The position numbers and the translations under genes are program-made. The notes under the pieces are model-generated. The model saw only the letters and a program-made list of their open reading frames with translations. It made no database searches and was not told where the DNA came from. 44,874 bases of DNA from Planctomycetales bacterium 4484_113 (GTDB lineage: Bacteria; 4484-113). The DNA is taken from assembly GCA_002050035.1 (NCBI GenBank), contig MVCR01000005.1, positions 1 to 44,874 on the forward strand, written 5' to 3'. Shown one piece after another: positions 1 through 9,128 of this stretch. How positions within the stretch are numbered: position 1 is the first letter of the stretch; every line of letters starts with the position of its first letter.

Positions 1-1
1 G

Positions 2-358
2 GTGCGCCTGACAAGAGAGAAGCATGCTTCCATCATTGACCCGGCAATGCGAGCGTTCGAGTTCAAGCTGGAACTGGCATCGGTGCCGTTTGATGCCGAT
101 ACGACTTATGTCGTGGTGAATCGCGAGGACGCCCCGGTGGAAGGAGCCAATACATACTCGGTGCGGTTTGAGCTCGCTGCACTGGCAGCGCACCTAACTG
201 CTTTCCTGTCCGAGCGGGAGTACACCCTAGTGGAGGAACTACCCTCGTACCGGCGCGAGCTCGAAGACGAGCTGCTGAACAGTTTCGTGCAGCGCTTCGG
301 CTCCTGCCTGCGGGAACCGAAAGCCCGCCGGCAGGAGCGGACGGAGTCAGTTGCCTGA
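2..358 (+). CDS. Hypothetical protein, probably 5'-truncated by the window edge
   Basis: Open frame from the window start with protein-like composition, ending 14 nt before gmk. No family motif recognised. Confidence 0.6.
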   Translation: MRLTREKHASIIDPAMRAFEFKLELASVPFDADTTYVVVNREDAPVEGANTYSVRFELAALAAHLTAFLSEREYTLVEELPSYRRELEDELLNSFVQRFGSCLREPKARRQERTESVA

Positions 359-372
359 CCCTACTGCATATC

Positions 373-978
373 ATGATCAACGGAATCGTCATTTCTGGAT
401 GCTCAGGAGTCGGAAAGACCACTGTTATCAAGCACCTGCTCCGTCTGCACCCCGATTTCGCCTTCTCGGTGAGCTACACCACCCGTCCACCTCGTGCCGA
501 CGAGGTCGATGGAAAGGACTATCATTTCATCAGCCGCGAGGAGTTCGAACGGAAGGCGCGCGAGCGCTTCTTTCTCGAATGGGAGGAAGTCTACGGCTGC
601 TACTACGGCACGCCAAAGCTGCCTCCCGATGAGGAAGAAGGGACCACACGGGTGGTCATATTCGAGCTCGACTCCAAGGGCGCTCTCAATCTCCAGCAGA
701 AATTCCCCCAGTTCACAACCATCGCCATCATCCCACCGTCGGTGGATGCAATCGGGGCTCGCCTTCGCGCACGGGGAAGCGAAACTGACGAGAGCATCGC
801 GGAACGCCGACGCCATATCGCGGAAGAGCTCCGTCGCCTGCAGCACCTCTCATACTGTGTCGTGAATGACGATATTGAGGCGACGGCACGTGAGATCGAG
901 ACCATTATTCTCGCCCAGTTCCACCGGCTGCCCTTTTTGGGGGCGAAGATAGATGAATTACTGGAGCTTCTGGCTTAG
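373..978 (+). CDS. gmk: Guanylate kinase
   Basis: P-loop GCSGVGKT, signature SVSYTTRPPRADEVDGKDYHF, YYGT motif. Lies upstream of rpoZ-coaBC. Confidence 0.97.
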   Translation: MINGIVISGCSGVGKTTVIKHLLRLHPDFAFSVSYTTRPPRADEVDGKDYHFISREEFERKARERFFLEWEEVYGCYYGTPKLPPDEEEGTTRVVIFELDSKGALNLQQKFPQFTTIAIIPPSVDAIGARLRARGSETDESIAERRRHIAEELRRLQHLSYCVVNDDIEATAREIETIILAQFHRLPFLGAKIDELLELLA

Positions 979-993
979 GAGGCACGGCCAATA

Positions 994-1461
994 ATGGACA
1001 AGGACAAGAACATCACAGAACGTGACACCCTGCTGTATCCACTGCTGGAGGATCTGCTACAGCGGATACCGAGCAAGTTCGAGGTTGTGGTTCTGGCATC
1101 ATTGCGAGCGCGCGAGATTATGCGCAAGCAGAAGTTGGGCGCCTCCTTCGACGGCGAGCTGGACGCTGACGTGGTCAGCGAACAGGAGACGCTGAAACCT
1201 CTGTCCCGTGCGCTTGCCGATATCGCAGAAGGCAAACTGGACCGCGAGAAGATGTACCTTCTCGAATACCTAGAGAGCTTTCGTCGGGGAGACGAGGATA
1301 TCGCCGCACCACCAGTACTGGAAGAAGACTCCGTCATCGCGCAGCATCCGTCGAAAGAAGCCACGGGCGACCTCCCACTCGCACTGCCCGCCGAAGCGGA
1401 GGCGAGCGCATCTGTGGCGGAGGAAGAACTCAAAAAGAGTGAAGATACCGACGAAGAATAG
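994..1461 (+). CDS. rpoZ: RNA polymerase omega subunit with an acidic C-terminal extension
   Basis: SKFEVVVLASLRAREI and KPLSRALADIAEGKL match the omega signature. AGGAGG SD upstream; gmk-rpoZ-coaBC synteny. Confidence 0.9.
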   Translation: MDKDKNITERDTLLYPLLEDLLQRIPSKFEVVVLASLRAREIMRKQKLGASFDGELDADVVSEQETLKPLSRALADIAEGKLDREKMYLLEYLESFRRGDEDIAAPPVLEEDSVIAQHPSKEATGDLPLALPAEAEASASVAEEELKKSEDTDEE

Positions 1462-2686
1462 ATGTGTCCTGCTGGGCGTATGCGGCGGGATTGCTGCCTA
1501 CAAGGCCTGTGAAGTTGTCAGGCTGCTTGTCAAGGCAGGTGTGGACGTTCACGTGCTTATGACGCCCAACGCCACACGGTTCGTCTCTCCACTCACCTTC
1601 GCCGCACTTTCCGGCTATCCAGTCGCGGTGGAAGCTTTCCCGCCTTCCGCAAGCGAAGCGGGATCGAGCAGCACCTATGATCCTCTGGCGCACATAACGC
1701 TCTCGCATCAGGCTGAGTTGCTCTTGTTGGCTCCCGCGACGGCTAACACGCTGGCCAAGCTGGCAGCGGGGATTGCGGACAACCTTCTTCTCTCCACCGC
1801 CCTAGCCTTCTCAGGACCGGTAGTTTTTGCGCCGGCAATGAACTCCCGCATGTACGCGAATCCGGCGACGCGCGACAACATCGCCAAGCTCAAAGCGCGC
1901 GGCTGCATTGAGGTGGAAGCCGAGATGGGTGCACTGGCCTCGCTGGAATCGGGCATGGGTCGACTGGCTGAACCCGCCAGAATCGTACAGCGCGTCCTGC
2001 ACGAGCTTAGGCGCGAAGGCAGTCCACTGGAAGGCCGGCGCATCCTTGTGACCGCAGGTGGAACCCGGGAGTACTTCGATGATATCCGCTTCATCTCCAA
2101 CGCCTCCACCGGCACACTGGCTCTTTGCTGTGCTGATGAGCTCTATCTTGCAGGTGCCGAGGTCGAGCTGATAGCGGCGCCAAGCGTGGCGGAAGATGAG
2201 CTCGCATCACGTGCGTATCCCACCATTCGAGTAACTAGCGCTGAGGAGATGCTTACCCAGGTGCGCGAGCGCGCAATTGGGCTCGATGTCCTGCTGATGC
2301 TCGCTGCCGTCGCTGATTACCGTCCGCCACGCCGCAAGGGCAAAATCAAGAAGGATGACGCAGTGGAACTTGATTTGCGGCTGACTCGCACGGAAGACAT
2401 CTTGAGCTCCCTGGAGGAAGGGAAGCCCAACGTGCGCATAGGCGCGTCACTGGAAACCGAGGAAGTCGAGCAGAGAGCCGCGGCAAAGCTGACCGCGAAG
2501 AACCTCTCTGCTATCGTGGCGGTTGAGCTCGATCCTGAAGCGCCGCCGTTCGGGCAGCGCTCCTTGCGGGCCGGGATCCTCACTCCTCACGAGTGGCTGC
2601 TGCCCCTGTCCCGGCGCGACAAGATTGAACTGAGCCGCGAGATTGCACATCTAATCACCAGACTGTTGAATCCAAAGGAGCAATAA
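1439..2686 (+). CDS. coaBC: Bifunctional phosphopantothenoylcysteine decarboxylase/synthetase
   Basis: GGIAAYK, APATANTLAKLAAGIADNLL, PAMNSRMY, VTAGGTRE..D.IRFISNASTG and AAVADY motifs. GTG start overlaps the rpoZ end. Confidence 0.96.
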   Translation: MKIPTKNRCVLLGVCGGIAAYKACEVVRLLVKAGVDVHVLMTPNATRFVSPLTFAALSGYPVAVEAFPPSASEAGSSSTYDPLAHITLSHQAELLLLAPATANTLAKLAAGIADNLLLSTALAFSGPVVFAPAMNSRMYANPATRDNIAKLKARGCIEVEAEMGALASLESGMGRLAEPARIVQRVLHELRREGSPLEGRRILVTAGGTREYFDDIRFISNASTGTLALCCADELYLAGAEVELIAAPSVAEDELASRAYPTIRVTSAEEMLTQVRERAIGLDVLLMLAAVADYRPPRRKGKIKKDDAVELDLRLTRTEDILSSLEEGKPNVRIGASLETEEVEQRAAAKLTAKNLSAIVAVELDPEAPPFGQRSLRAGILTPHEWLLPLSRRDKIELSREIAHLITRLLNPKEQ

Positions 2687-2689
2687 CCA

Positions 2690-3631
2690 ATGAACAGGTA
2701 TCTAACCCTGCTGCTGATTGCATTGGCGATAACGGCTGCGGGCTTACTCCCTGCGCACGCAGCCCCCGATACCGTCCTGTCAACCAAGGACGGTCAGAGC
2801 TACACGCTGGAGGACTTCCACATCTTCTATATGAAGCAACTGGGAGCCCGCGGGCTCATCACCTTCCTGGAGCAGATGGTGGTCTATGAGCAGGCCAAGA
2901 AACAGGGGCTCGCTCCGACAAAGGAAGAAACAGCTGAGTTCATCAAGAACGATATGACTCCAGAGATCTACAAGGGCTTCCAGCAGATCTACTCGCAGAA
3001 GGCACTCAATAAGTTCGTTGAATACACGATTATGAATCGGAAATACCGCAAGTATCTCGAGCAGAAATTCATCAAGGAAAAGGGCATCAACATCACTGAC
3101 GACGACGCACGGAAGTACTACGTGAAGAACATCGACAAGTTTCAGCTACCGGACCGCGTGCAGCTTTCTATCATCAGCGTGGAGGACGAGAAGACCGCGC
3201 AGGAGGTCATGGCACGTCTGGAGAAAGGGGAGGACTTCAACCAGCTCGCCGCCATCTACAACGCTGACGAGGAACTGCGCGCGAACAGTGGCTACGTAGG
3301 CGTTATTGGCAAGGGAATGGGATTACCGGAACCCCTTGAGAAGGTGGCGTTCAGCCTTGAGCCGGGGAATCACTCGGGCATTATCCGCGGCACGCTTTTC
3401 CACGTCATCTTCGTGCATAATCGGTTCCCGGCGAAGAACTACGAGTTTGCTGACGTCAAAGAGGACATCAAGAAGTTCCTCGAGGAGCAGGAAGTGGACC
3501 GCTACATCTCCGAGCATCTCAACAAGTTGTACCAGGAACAACTGCCCAAATTCGAGATAAAGGCTGAGCTATTCAAGGCGGGAGAAGATAAAGTGCCGAA
3601 GGGCGGCGCAGGGCCGGTGCCCTCGGAATAG
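2690..3631 (+). CDS. Exported PrsA/SurA-like foldase with a parvulin-type PPIase domain
   Basis: Signal peptide ending AHA-A, helical chaperone region, and parvulin-like EKGEDFNQLAAIY...GYVG...LEKVAFSLEPG..SGII. AAGGAG SD. Confidence 0.85.
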   Translation: MNRYLTLLLIALAITAAGLLPAHAAPDTVLSTKDGQSYTLEDFHIFYMKQLGARGLITFLEQMVVYEQAKKQGLAPTKEETAEFIKNDMTPEIYKGFQQIYSQKALNKFVEYTIMNRKYRKYLEQKFIKEKGINITDDDARKYYVKNIDKFQLPDRVQLSIISVEDEKTAQEVMARLEKGEDFNQLAAIYNADEELRANSGYVGVIGKGMGLPEPLEKVAFSLEPGNHSGIIRGTLFHVIFVHNRFPAKNYEFADVKEDIKKFLEEQEVDRYISEHLNKLYQEQLPKFEIKAELFKAGEDKVPKGGAGPVPSE

Positions 3632-3655
3632 CACCAGAGCTGGAACTGCTGTACA

Positions 3656-5827
3656 ATGACCTCCCCTGCCGGAAGCCAATCGGGACAGCCTGCAGTGAAG
3701 CTGGTTGAGGTACATCTGCTTGCCCACAAGATCTCCTTTCGGAGCTTCACCTATAGCGTGCCACCATGGTTGCCGGTCGCGCGTGGCGAAGTGGTAGCAG
3801 TTCCATTTCGCCGGAAGATCGAAGCGGGCATCGTAAGCGGGTCGGCCAAGCAAACCCCTAAGGGGCCTGCACTGCCCATTCTCGGACGCCTGCAGACACC
3901 TGGAACCCAACCCCAGAGCTTCGGTCACTTGCTGCTAACACTGGCTCACTACAATCTTGCCACTCCGGGAGAGCTGTTTGGCGATGTCGCTTTCGGGCGA
4001 CCTGAACGGAGAATAAACTTGCTGTTCTCGCGGCGGGAGGTTTCCCGACCGCAGAAGCATCTGGAAGAAGCGTACAGCGTGCTCCGTCTGCTTGCTCCCC
4101 GTGACCGCAACCGCATCACACAGGCTCTTACCAAGAAGCTGTTTCAGGCGCTGACACTGGACGAGCTGATCGACCTCGTCGCCAGCGGACTCATTGCCGT
4201 CGAGGGTGAGCTCGGTCTTGCGCCGTCCGCCCACGGGAAGCCGTTAGTGCACGCGCGCCGAAAGCTCCAGCAGCAACTCTTCGTCAGCGGCGCTTCAGGC
4301 GTACCCCTGCCGGCGAACAGCTTCCTCTTTCAAGACGCCTCGGAGTTTATTCAGAAACTGAGAGGTCCCAGCCACGTTTCCGACCACCTTAATCTCAGTG
4401 TGCGGCATATGAATTGGCGAAAGGTCGTCGATGGCGCTCTCGCGCGAGAACTGAGCGGTAGTCTACGCCGACTACTCATTCTCCCCAGCGAGTACTTCGT
4501 AGAGAGGTTTTTCAGAAGATTACCGAGAGCCATCTCCGGACAAGTGCTTCGCTTCGAGCCCGAAGCAAAGGCAGCCGCCTTCAATGGACTTTCACGCCGG
4601 TTGTCGCAGGACGAACCACTGCTTGTAGTGGGCAAGCGGGCGGCGCAGTTTCTCCTCTTGTACGGCTCATTTGACGATGTCGTGCTGTTCGATCCCACAA
4701 ACGATAATCTGCGCTCCGACCGATTCCCGCGATACGACACGATAGTGAACCTCTACCTGATTTCACTCCTGACTGGCACCCGCCTTACGCTGATCCCGCT
4801 TACGCCCTGCCCGCCGATCCTCAAAGAACCTGTACCGGTGCCGCACGTGGTGAACCTCCCCTCGACCGCCGGCGAGCGGATTGATGCGATAGTTGACTAC
4901 GTCACAGAGCAGGCTCGGTGTGGGCGCAAGCTGCTCGTCTACAACAATGCACTGGGCAGCGGGCAAGCAATCACCTGCACCACGTGCGGCGAGGCACTTC
5001 TCTGCCCTCACTGTGGACATCAGCTTGCCCACTCGCACCCGGAGCACCGGTTCTTCTGCACGCATTGCGGATTCAGCGAACCAGCCATGATCTGCGGAAA
5101 CTGCGGCAGTCGGGAATTCGCAGTTCGCGTTATTGGCGTTGATGGGCTGGCGCGGCGTGTGCGCAAGGCGTTGCGTGATCCGGTGCGTGAATGCACGCCG
5201 CGGGTGGGCGCTCTCTACGACGCACGGCGTCGGCGCATCCGCGAAGCCAACCTGGGGCGCACCGACGTCCTCATCGGGACGAGCACGCTCTTCCAACCTC
5301 TTGCCTTCTACCGTCCGGAGGAAATTGTGCTGGTGGCGCAGGAGCATACCCGAGCGGGGAAGACCGGCGTACCTGAGGAATCGACTCTGTGGGAGCTCTC
5401 GCGACTGGCAGCGCTTTATGGAACAGCCATGACGAAACTCACTGTACTGGCCGCGCCACCCATGACGACTTCTCTTCTCGCACGCACCGGTCCGTGCCGA
5501 TTGCAGACCATGGCGGACGAAGACGAACTGCGCAAGGAGTTCTTGCTCCCGCCCCATAGCCCTCTGATCGAATTCTCTGCATACGGCTCTCAGGAATCCA
5601 GAGTCGGCAAGTTCGTAGGCGAAATGCTGGGACAGCTTGAATACACACAGCGGGTCCGTCTTGTCGAGTGCGGCCCAGTGCATCGTACGCCGAGCGAAGA
5701 ACACTTCGTGATACGAGGGCGCTTCCTGCTGGCAACACCTTCCTTCTCCTTGCTGCGCGAGCTTCGCATTCAGGGCAAGCGGCAGCGAGTGGACATTGTC
5801 TACGCCCCTCGTTACTTCCTGCCCTGA
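3656..5827 (+). CDS. priA: Primosomal protein N' (PriA)-like protein with degenerate helicase motifs
   Basis: N-terminal FTYSVP..GEVVAVPFRRK..GIV 3'-DNA-binding domain, four CxxC pairs (CTTC, CPHC, CTHC, CGNC), DVLIGT and LPP motifs, position downstream of coaBC. Start may be the GTG near 3695. Confidence 0.85.
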   Translation: MTSPAGSQSGQPAVKLVEVHLLAHKISFRSFTYSVPPWLPVARGEVVAVPFRRKIEAGIVSGSAKQTPKGPALPILGRLQTPGTQPQSFGHLLLTLAHYNLATPGELFGDVAFGRPERRINLLFSRREVSRPQKHLEEAYSVLRLLAPRDRNRITQALTKKLFQALTLDELIDLVASGLIAVEGELGLAPSAHGKPLVHARRKLQQQLFVSGASGVPLPANSFLFQDASEFIQKLRGPSHVSDHLNLSVRHMNWRKVVDGALARELSGSLRRLLILPSEYFVERFFRRLPRAISGQVLRFEPEAKAAAFNGLSRRLSQDEPLLVVGKRAAQFLLLYGSFDDVVLFDPTNDNLRSDRFPRYDTIVNLYLISLLTGTRLTLIPLTPCPPILKEPVPVPHVVNLPSTAGERIDAIVDYVTEQARCGRKLLVYNNALGSGQAITCTTCGEALLCPHCGHQLAHSHPEHRFFCTHCGFSEPAMICGNCGSREFAVRVIGVDGLARRVRKALRDPVRECTPRVGALYDARRRRIREANLGRTDVLIGTSTLFQPLAFYRPEEIVLVAQEHTRAGKTGVPEESTLWELSRLAALYGTAMTKLTVLAAPPMTTSLLARTGPCRLQTMADEDELRKEFLLPPHSPLIEFSAYGSQESRVGKFVGEMLGQLEYTQRVRLVECGPVHRTPSEEHFVIRGRFLLATPSFSLLRELRIQGKRQRVDIVYAPRYFLP

Positions 5828-5850
5828 GAGCGAATGCTAGAATTAGACCG

Positions 5851-6639
5851 GTGCGTATCGGAAAGACAGTACTTACGCTGCTGACTTTCGCGGCTCTCGC
5901 AGCCGCCAGCCTCACGATACCAGCTTCCCCCGGGGATTCAGCAGGAAACCAGGGCTCCACCACCACGCTGCAGGAATGGGAGCAGCATTCCCAGCCTCAA
6001 GGCGGTCTCTCCGCGAAGGCAAGTGCGCGATTGCACTCCGAGATCGAGAGCATCCTGCGCCGACCCGAGTTCAGGATCAGCCGACTGACCCGAGAGCGTG
6101 AGGCTCCCGCCTGGCTGCGCTGGTTGCGGGACAAATGGACCAAATTCAGACAGGCGCTTGCCGCGCTAAGCTGGCTTCCTGCCGGTGCCTCACGCTGGTT
6201 CTTGCCCGCTATCAGCATCTTGCTGGGACTCGCACTGCTATATATGGTCTACCGTGTCGCCCGCGAGAGTCTTCTCGGTGGGCATGGCGGAGCAGGGGAG
6301 GTCGCACGTCGGCAGGCGACGCCGAAGGAGCTTTTGCAGCAGGCTTCTGCATCAGCGGAGAGAGCGGATTACACTGAAGCTATCAGATTGATCTTCACCG
6401 CCACACTGCTTCTCCTCTTCCCACGCGAGGCTCCGCGAACCCCCACCCGGACGCTGGTATACAAGCTCAAGGCAAAGAGCGCAGCGCTGGCTGACGATCT
6501 CATGGGACTCAACGGGCTATTTGAAGTGCACTACTACGGGAACAAACCCGCATCAGCCTCTGGCTACCAGCAGGCGCTCACTATTTCCAGCCATATCACA
6601 AAGACGATGAGTGGAGGTTCAGGTGAGTCAGCTTCGTAA
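5851..6639 (+). CDS. DUF4129-type membrane protein
   Basis: Signal/TM segments plus C-terminal ADYTEAIRLIF...LFEVHYYG.KPAS..Y pattern typical of DUF4129. GTG 5851 chosen as start because the ORF-track start overlaps priA. Confidence 0.72.
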   Translation: MRIGKTVLTLLTFAALAAASLTIPASPGDSAGNQGSTTTLQEWEQHSQPQGGLSAKASARLHSEIESILRRPEFRISRLTREREAPAWLRWLRDKWTKFRQALAALSWLPAGASRWFLPAISILLGLALLYMVYRVARESLLGGHGGAGEVARRQATPKELLQQASASAERADYTEAIRLIFTATLLLLFPREAPRTPTRTLVYKLKAKSAALADDLMGLNGLFEVHYYGNKPASASGYQQALTISSHITKTMSGGSGESAS

Positions 6640-7945
6640 GTACCGCGGGCTGGTGACGCTGGCGCTGGTAGCGGTACTAGTGCTTGCGCTCCTGTGGATG
6701 CTGGCGGTGCCGTCACAAACGCAAACGGCAGAGCATCCACTCTCAGCCTTCGAGCCCGGCCCCCACGGGTTGCGGGCGCTTTACCTTCTGGGAAGGAGGA
6801 TGAACCTCAATGTGCGGCTTGGCACAACTTCGCCTGATTTGCTCTCGGGAGCGGGGACCATCGTGATTGGCGCAGAGGGGCACACCGCAGGTGCACCTTT
6901 GCCAGCTCCTCTTCAAATCGACGAGAATGACATCTGGACGCTTCTTGATCGCGGCATGCACGTCCTCTACCTCTCCCCCGTTGAAACACTGCCGAACGCC
7001 CCGGGCGGAAAAGCGCCGGCCTCGCATGAATCGGAATCCGCTGTAGAAGAACCGAGCAACGATCCTGCCGCCCGCAGTAGCGAAGCATCATCGCAACCAG
7101 ATTCACTAGGCAAGGAAGCAACAACCGTCAGCGAGCAGATTCCATTCGAGATGGCTGAAGACGGGACTGTTACGTTCCGCGTTGGCAACATCGACTCTCC
7201 CTTCTTTGCCAGTGCTCGCACACTGGAAGCCCCTGGCTTTGACCTGGGAGGCGAGTCACGTTGGAAGCTGTGGAAACGCCTCGCCGGAAGCGCACAGCAG
7301 GTCTACTGGCTTGGCGAGACGGGGAAGCCATTTCTGGCGGTCTATCAGGCCTCGCGTGGGAAGCTGGTGGCGCTGTTCGTAAGCGAAGTGCTGATCAACG
7401 ACAACATCGCGCGCGCTGACAATGTAGTGTTCGCCTACAATCTCCTGCAGCAGGTTGATTCGCCGCTCGGCACCTACTTCCTGGAGTCCATCCACGGTCA
7501 CTACCGTTCCAGCGTCGGGCTGACCAACCTGCTGGTTTTCACATCTTGGGGACACCTCATCATCCTGGCCGCCATTGCCGTTCTCATGAGTCTTATGGCG
7601 CAAGTCTTTCCGCTGGGTCGGAAGCGAGCCACACACCGGGAGCAGTTCCCATCGCCAATCGAGCGCGTTCGCGCACAGGCGCAGCTCTGGCGGCGAAGCG
7701 GAATGTTCGTGCCGGCAATGCACTTCGCTCTCGACTGCTCCTGCCCGGGCAAGGCGGGAACAGACGAAACAACTCGCAGTCTTAGCCGTGTACTTACCGC
7801 TGCCGGTATCAGCCGACAGCATATCCACGAAATCGAACAAGCAATGGCAGGGCAGCACAAGCTTGGTGCCACAGCGCGCAAGGAGATGATCCGAGCCTAT
7901 GGCGTTGCCCTGCGCAAGCGCGGGCACCAGCAAACCCGCATTTAG
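6623..7945 (+). CDS. DUF4350-type membrane protein
   Basis: N-terminal TM, S.FEPGPHGLRALYLL, GKLV..LINDNIARADN..F, and FLESIHG followed by a TM segment. GGAGG precedes GTG 6623; adjacent to the DUF4129 gene. Confidence 0.72.
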   Translation: MSQLRKYRGLVTLALVAVLVLALLWMLAVPSQTQTAEHPLSAFEPGPHGLRALYLLGRRMNLNVRLGTTSPDLLSGAGTIVIGAEGHTAGAPLPAPLQIDENDIWTLLDRGMHVLYLSPVETLPNAPGGKAPASHESESAVEEPSNDPAARSSEASSQPDSLGKEATTVSEQIPFEMAEDGTVTFRVGNIDSPFFASARTLEAPGFDLGGESRWKLWKRLAGSAQQVYWLGETGKPFLAVYQASRGKLVALFVSEVLINDNIARADNVVFAYNLLQQVDSPLGTYFLESIHGHYRSSVGLTNLLVFTSWGHLIILAAIAVLMSLMAQVFPLGRKRATHREQFPSPIERVRAQAQLWRRSGMFVPAMHFALDCSCPGKAGTDETTRSLSRVLTAAGISRQHIHEIEQAMAGQHKLGATARKEMIRAYGVALRKRGHQQTRI

Positions 7946-7953
7946 GGAGAACT

Positions 7954-9078
7954 ATGCTGCATTCTTACACCAGACTGATTGTAGATCTCAACCAAGTTCA
8001 GCGCAATCTTGGGATAATCCGGAAGCACGTTGGTAAGAGGTTGCTCTTCGTCATCAAAGCCAACGCGTATGGCATTGGAGCAGTCGGTCTGCTCCCGGTG
8101 CTCAATGAAATGCCGGATGTCTTTGCTGGCGTTGCGGTGGTGGACGAAGCACTTGAGCTGAGGCAGGCAGATTACCTGGGCGACATCCTGGTGATGGGCT
8201 ACACACCTCCAGACCAGTATCGTCTCGCGCTCCGTCACTTCCTCAGCCTTGGTATCTACCGAACGGAGAATGTTGACCTGCTGGAGGACGCCGCCGCCGA
8301 GCTGGGCACGGTCGCCAAGGTGCACATCAAGCTGGACACAGGAATGCATCGGATTGGTGCGACTGCCGAGAGCTTGCCCACCTTTATGGAGCGCGTCGCC
8401 GGGAATCCTCATCTGGCGGTGGAAGGCATCTTCTCCCATCTGGCTGGCGAGACGGAATCGGGTGAACCCATCATCCCGATGCAGGTTGAGACCTTCCGTC
8501 AGCTAAGCCGCCAGATTGAAGAGCGATTGGGGATTTTCCCACTGAAGCACCTCGCAAGCTCCACCGGTGCACTGGGCTATCCAGAAAGCAGGTTTGATAT
8601 GGTGCGAGTGGGGATTCTACCCCTGGGGTACCATCCGACGGGATTCAAGGGTCCCCGCATCGATGTGAAACCTGTCTTCAAGTTGCTCACCGAAGTGGTG
8701 GACGTGCGCCGGTTGCCAGCAGGTACTGGCGTTTCCTATGGTCATTCCTACCGCACCAAGCAGCCGATCACCCTGGTAACCATACCCGTAGGTTATGCTG
8801 ACGGCATACCCTACCAGTTCTACCCCGCTGGCAGAGTCCTCTTCCGCGGCAAGCCCCGCGAAATAGCCGGAGTTGTAAATATGGATTACATGATGGTCAA
8901 CGTGGAGGACGAACCCAATGTTCGCGTGGGAGAGGAAGTGGTCATCATCGGGCGGCAGGGAGATGCCGAGATAACACTTGACGACTTCGCGGAAGCCGCC
9001 TCCACCGTCAACTACGACGTCATCTGCGGACTGGGAAGAAGAGTGAGACGAGATTACATACCGCTGGGGCACGACTAA
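7954..9078 (+). CDS. alr: Alanine racemase
   Basis: VIKANAYG (PLP lysine), HIKLDTGMHRIG, GVSYG (catalytic Tyr), PVGYADG. Confidence 0.95.
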   Translation: MLHSYTRLIVDLNQVQRNLGIIRKHVGKRLLFVIKANAYGIGAVGLLPVLNEMPDVFAGVAVVDEALELRQADYLGDILVMGYTPPDQYRLALRHFLSLGIYRTENVDLLEDAAAELGTVAKVHIKLDTGMHRIGATAESLPTFMERVAGNPHLAVEGIFSHLAGETESGEPIIPMQVETFRQLSRQIEERLGIFPLKHLASSTGALGYPESRFDMVRVGILPLGYHPTGFKGPRIDVKPVFKLLTEVVDVRRLPAGTGVSYGHSYRTKQPITLVTIPVGYADGIPYQFYPAGRVLFRGKPREIAGVVNMDYMMVNVEDEPNVRVGEEVVIIGRQGDAEITLDDFAEAASTVNYDVICGLGRRVRRDYIPLGHD

Positions 9079-9088
9079 GCGCCCGCTC

Positions 9089-9117
9089 TTGCGCCGCGTC
9101 GATTAAGCCCGTAGAAT
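9089..9117 (+). promoter_or_regulatory. Putative sigma70 promoter TTGCGC-17-TAGAAT for the lytic transglycosylase gene
   Basis: Hexamers at 9089-9094 and 9112-9117 with a 17-nt spacer; start codon 11 nt downstream. Confidence 0.55.
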
Positions 9118-9128
9118 GACTAATCTCA

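Noticed and set aside
2-358. Possible YicC/YloC or RemA, which often precede gmk
   Set aside because: No EQxQNxE YicC ending and no RemA NIGFGN motif; left as hypothetical.
4763-5704. 313-aa minus-strand ORF inside priA, and similar antisense ORFs at 7256-7933, 13097-13900, 26780-27595 and 39600-40235
   Set aside because: Each fully overlaps a well-supported gene on the other strand and has no recognisable family features.
5668-5850. ORF-track N-terminal extensions (5668 for DUF4129, 14185 for thiolase, 20676 for secG, 23487 for ruvA, 28214 for the MBL hydrolase)
   Set aside because: They overlap neighbouring genes or promoters. Downstream starts fit SD or -10 positions and family N-termini better.
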